From: an uncultured Acidobacteriota bacterium
GTDB taxonomy: Bacteria; Acidobacteriota; Terriglobia; UBA7540
DNA: 64,000 nt
NCBI GenBank assembly: GCA_963804995.1
Contig: CAWDSK010000008.1
Location: 94,907-158,906 of the forward strand
Reading direction: 5' to 3'
Below the pieces are notes generated by a model. It was given only the letters and a program-made list of their open reading frames with translations. It made no database searches and was not told where the DNA came from. The translations under genes and the position numbers were made by a program. Positions within the stretch are counted from its first letter, which is position 1. Each line of letters starts with the position of its first letter. Below are positions 60,074 to 64,000 of this stretch, piece after piece.

Positions 60074-60982
60074 GAGCTTATCCGTAAATAATAGTTGAAG
60101 CCTGCTACAATTTGATGCATGATTATGACCCAAGATGCCGCAGATAAAATCTTGGGAAGTATCCGACGAGTTTTGGGTGAAAGTCGAACCGCTGATTCCC
60201 GTTCGACAGCGGTCGAAAGGCCGAAAGTATAGGCGGAAGCCGGGGGGTGGGAGGAAGCCGATGCCGGCGCGCCGGATCTTCTCGGCCATTGTGTATGTGC
60301 TACGCACGGGGTGTCAGTGGAGGGCCTTGCCCAAGGAATTCGGCAGCGCGAGCGCGATCCACAAGCATTTTCAACAGTGGCAGCGGGCGGGTTTCTTTCT
60401 GGCGCTGTGGCGGTCGGGGCTGGCTGAGTACGATGATCTGGAGGGCATTGCCTGGGACTGGCAAAGCATCGACGGGGCCTTGGTGAAAGCCCCTCTGGCC
60501 TTGGCGTGTGTGGGACCGAATCCCACGGATCGGGGAAAAAAATGGGCGCAAGCGAAGTTTGTTAGTCGACGGGCGTGGCGTCCCACTGTCGCTCGCCGTC
60601 AGCGGAGCCAACGTCCATGATGTGAAGCTGCTGGCCACCACCCTCGACCAGGTGGTGAGAGCGCGACCGGCGCCGAGACCGAGAAAGCCCCAGCACCTCT
60701 GCGCCGATGCGGGTTACAAGGGATCCCCCGCTCGGCAAGCGGCCACGAACCGCCACTACCGGCCGCATATCAAGCAACGGCGAGAAGAGATGAAAGCAAA
60801 GCGCCTCGTCCCCGGTTACAAGGCGCGCCGCTGGGTGGTCGAGCGGACCCATTCCTGGCTCAACCGATACCGTAAGGTGTTGGTGAGCTTTGAAAAGACC
60901 GAGGAAAGCTACGTCGCCCTACTAACCTTAGCCGCGGCCATGATCTGCTGGCGACAGACGATTATTATTTACGGATAAGCTC
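60074..60982 (+). mobile_element. IS5-family insertion sequence (two-ORF, IS427-like), 909 bp
   Basis: TIRs GAGCTTATCCGTAAATAATA (20/20), TAA duplication at 60071-60073 and 60983-60985. Confidence 0.95.
60135..60978 (+). CDS. IS5-family DDE transposase (orfA 60135-60620 + orfB to 60978, joined by frameshift at GGGGAAAAAAATGG)
   Basis: LRTGCQWRALP, SIDG, GPNPTDRGK, ADAGY, RWVVERTHSWL. Confidence 0.92.
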
Positions 60983-61820
60983 TAAGTGCTCCAAACACCG
61001 CCCCGATCCCCATGACGGCCGCCACCAAGCCTCCCAGAACCGTGATGAGGCGAGTCATCATCTGAGACTGCTTGGCGTAGTAATCAATTTCGCGGGCGAC
61101 ATCCACGTTAAGCTGGGGGTCCTTGTTGACCGCATCCTTGAAATTCTGGAACGCCTCGGGCGAAGCGAGATGGACGGTGACCGACTGGAAGATATTGTTG
61201 GGGCGTTTATAAACGTCGTCCAGGACGCGGCCGTCGCACCAGACCTCGGAATCAAAGGCGGAGCCGCCGGCGTCGAAAATCCCCACCACGCTCCATTCCC
61301 CGCCGCCGAAGCGCACCTGGTTTCCGACGGTCAATCCTGAATAACTGTTCGTGGCATTCCGGCCGACAACCAATTCCGAAAGCCCGGGGCGGAACATGCG
61401 GCCCTGGATAACCTTAACATTCCGGCGCACGGTGAGGACGCTTGGCGATACCCCGCGGACTTGCACATTGGCGTCCGTGCCGGTCGACCGCAGGGGGAAG
61501 GGCGCCACCACCACGACTTCCGAAGTTACCAGAGGTACGCCGTTCAGGCGTGCCACGCCCGGTTTATCCTGAAGGATATTGACCGAATCCAAGGTAACGC
61601 CACTCATCATTTCGGTAGTGGCGCCGGCACGCATCACGATGGCATTGTCATACGAACCCGATGAAACCAGGGTGGCGCGGAACCCGCGGGCCAGAGACAG
61701 CATGGCCACAAACACGCCGACGGTTCCGGCAATGCCCAGGACGGCGACGATGGCGGAGGTCCAGCGAGCCTTCACGCTGCGCAAGTTATAGACGATAGGA
61801 ATGGCCATGGTTTAACACCA

Positions 61821-61950
61821 GTGGTTAGTTGTTAGTGGCTAGTGGTTAGCGATTAATGTCCCATACGCAGGCGCTTGCCTCTAGGAACCAGCCACTAGCC
61901 ACTGCTTTTGTTAGTTGAACTAGCCACTAACCACTATCCACTAACCACTG
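61821..61950. repeat. 7-mer inverted array (AGTGGTT / AACCACT)
   Basis: Same family as 54167-54308, located between two permease genes. Confidence 0.85.
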
Positions 61951-61956
61951 CCTTTC

Positions 61957-63105
61957 TCAGATTCTCCGAAACGCTTCTACAACTCGCAACCGCATCGCGC
62001 CGATGCCCGGCAAAATGCCGCTTGTCGCTCCCACCAGCAGGGCGAAGCCAAGGCCGGCGGCCAGGATCGATTTTGACAGGATGAGGTTCGGCAACATGCC
62101 GCTCAGGGACGTCCCCAGCACAGGAATAGCGGCTATGGCCAGACCCAGACCCAGAATCCCCCCGAACAGAGCTATGGTGAGGGCTTCCCCCAGCACCAGG
62201 AGAAGTATGGAACCATCCTTGAACCCGATGGCCTTAAGGATGGCGAGTTCGCCGGTGCGTTCGCGCACCGAGATTGCCATGGTGTTACCCGTTACCAGTA
62301 GCAGGGTAAAGAAAACTACGCTTCCGATGACCAGAATGAGGAATTCGATGTTGCCGAACTGTTTCACCCAGCTTGCTGCGAAGGCGGATTCGGTTTGGGT
62401 CTTGGTTTCGTAGGGAGAGTTGGCGAACTCAGCGTCAATGGCTTTGGCCACGCGGACAGCATCATCCGGCGAGTCGAGCTTCACCGTATACCAGCCCACC
62501 TGTCCCTTGAGCCGCTCCGGGACACGCTCCTCGAAATAGTCCCACTGGAACCAGAACTGCGTCTCGTCATCCTCCTTGCGCTGGCCGTGATAGATGCCGT
62601 CGATGTTGAACTCCCAGGCCCCGCCGCCATAGAGCGTCGTCTTAATGGGAATGCGGTCGCCCATTTTCCAGCCAAAGCGCTTGGCCGTGCTAGCGCCCAC
62701 AATGGCCCCCTGGCGGTCCTTAAGGAAGGCGTTCCACTGGTCGTCAGAAACCAGCAACTCAGAGAATACCTGGCGCTGGTTTTCGGGGTCGATCACGAAC
62801 TGGGGAAAGAAATTCTTTTCGTCCTGGTAAATGCCTCCGAACCAGTTGTCGTGGGTCACGCTTTGCACGCCCGGAATGCGCAAAATCTTGTCACGATCGG
62901 CAAGCGGAATGGTCTGAATAATGGAGACGCGATTGATGGTGACCAGCCGGTCGGCGGCGGCCACGTCCCCACCGCGGTTAAAGGCATCTCTGACCACGGC
63001 GAGAAAGGCGAAGAGAAACAGGGCCACGGCAAAGGAACCCAGGGTGAGGAGCAACCGCACCTTCTTGCGGAAAAGGTTTGCCAGGATGAGCGCGCGGAAT
63101 TTCAT
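61957..63105 (-). CDS. MacB/FtsX-type ABC permease
   Basis: NLFRKKVR, periplasmic domain, NTMAISVRERTGELAILKAIGF. Confidence 0.92.
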   Translation of the reverse strand: MKFRALILANLFRKKVRLLLTLGSFAVALFLFAFLAVVRDAFNRGGDVAAADRLVTINRVSIIQTIPLADRDKILRIPGVQSVTHDNWFGGIYQDEKNFFPQFVIDPENQRQVFSELLVSDDQWNAFLKDRQGAIVGASTAKRFGWKMGDRIPIKTTLYGGGAWEFNIDGIYHGQRKEDDETQFWFQWDYFEERVPERLKGQVGWYTVKLDSPDDAVRVAKAIDAEFANSPYETKTQTESAFAASWVKQFGNIEFLILVIGSVVFFTLLLVTGNTMAISVRERTGELAILKAIGFKDGSILLLVLGEALTIALFGGILGLGLAIAAIPVLGTSLSGMLPNLILSKSILAAGLGFALLVGATSGILPGIGAMRLRVVEAFRRI

Positions 63106-63848
63106 GCTCCACCTCCCCCCGCCGGAACGTTCTTACGCGACTTCGCACCCTCCACCAGGACGCCTTTCTCCAGATGCAGTACCATGTGCGCGCGGGCCGC
63201 TACCACTGGGTCGTGTGTCACCATCAAGACGGTCTTGCTATGCCTACTCACCAACTCCTCAATGAGCGCCATGATTTCGTCGGCGCTCTTGCGGTCAAGA
63301 TCTCCCGTAGGCTCGTCGCAGAGAAGAAAAGTGGGGTCGGAGACAATGGCGCGGGCGATGGCGACGCGTTGCTCCTGGCCGCCGGAGAGTTGCCGGGGAA
63401 AATGGTGCGCCCGGTCATGAAGGCCGACGATGGCGAGAGCGGCTTCCACGTGCTGGCGGCGCGCGGATCGGGAAAGGCTCGTGAGGAGGAGCGGGAGCTC
63501 AACGTTCTGGTACGCCGTAAGGACGGGGACGAGGTTGTACATCTGGAAGACGAAGCCCACGTGGCGGGCCCGCCAGTCGGTAAGCTTACCGCGAGACATG
63601 TGAGTAATCTCATCGCCCGCCACCGAAACCGTGCCAGAGGTGGGGACGTCAAGCCCGCCCAGGAGATTGAGCAGCGTGGTTTTCCCGGAGCCACTCGGCC
63701 CCATGAAGGCCACGAAGTCGCCCTTATCCACATCCAGATTGAGACCTTGCAGGACCTGAATCTGCTCCTCACCCCGCCGGTAGGTTTTGTTGAGGCCACG
63801 GACCTGGATCAGGGCCGAGGAATTCCCGTTGGTGTTGACACTGACCAT
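63102..63848 (-). CDS. ABC transporter ATP-binding protein (LolD/MacB-type)
   Basis: GPSGSGKT, LSGGQEQR, LCDEPTGDLD, MVTHD. Confidence 0.95.
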   Translation of the reverse strand: MVSVNTNGNSSALIQVRGLNKTYRRGEEQIQVLQGLNLDVDKGDFVAFMGPSGSGKTTLLNLLGGLDVPTSGTVSVAGDEITHMSRGKLTDWRARHVGFVFQMYNLVPVLTAYQNVELPLLLTSLSRSARRQHVEAALAIVGLHDRAHHFPRQLSGGQEQRVAIARAIVSDPTFLLCDEPTGDLDRKSADEIMALIEELVSRHSKTVLMVTHDPVVAARAHMVLHLEKGVLVEGAKSRKNVPAGGGGA

Positions 63849-64000
63849 GCATACTCCTATCAGGCAGACGGGTAGCGCGGACCCCCGTTCTTGGGGTCCG
63901 CGGTTCTTCCTTTGCAAAAACCACTAATCTCAAAGAACGACGCCTGTCCTCGGGTTTGGGAGCGCGAGCCTCAGGAAGAACCGCAGACCTCAAAGGCGGA

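Larger units (their letters stand above)
59727..61808 (-). pseudogene. MacB/FtsX-type ABC permease interrupted by IS5-family element
   Basis: Removing 60074-60982 plus one TAA restores IGAVFGALNTMYSAVSER in frame. Confidence 0.93.

Overview
High-GC bacterial chromosomal window, most likely Acidobacteriota/Terriglobia (inferred from the fused LptF-LptG, the Sec-signal Rhs and the protein styles). Most of it is housekeeping and envelope genes: ppdK 3' end, GH57, M13/S41/M28 peptidases, thrC, an AlaX-like editing protein plus tRNA-Ala(CGC), tatA/tatC, terC, nadB, aroB, ubiE, purL/purQ, ABC-F, a prepilin peptidase, glycosyltransferases, a B12-dependent acyl-CoA mutase cluster, TolC and a MacB-like ABC system. 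Accessory content: (i) 0.5-12.5 kb, two paralogous TMTC-like GT-C/TPR glycosyltransferases and a third GT-C around a signal-peptide Rhs toxin with a probable immunity gene and a coupled 50-aa leader ORF; (ii) a complete 909-bp IS5-family element with a TAA duplication that interrupts an ABC permease; (iii) a vapBC pair whose toxin lacks its N-terminus; (iv) very dense intergenic repeats (7-mer tandem inverted arrays, 8-10-mer arrays, several REP-like families, nested TIR-bounded miniature elements). Three single genes (GxxExxY, a GIY-YIG-like ORF, a GIDE-domain ORF) each sit between direct repeats like cassettes. At least seven single-base frameshifts, several in conserved housekeeping genes, suggest sequencing indel errors, so frameshift-based pseudogene calls are weak. 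No CRISPR array or rRNA was seen. All family assignments are by eye from motifs, not database searches.
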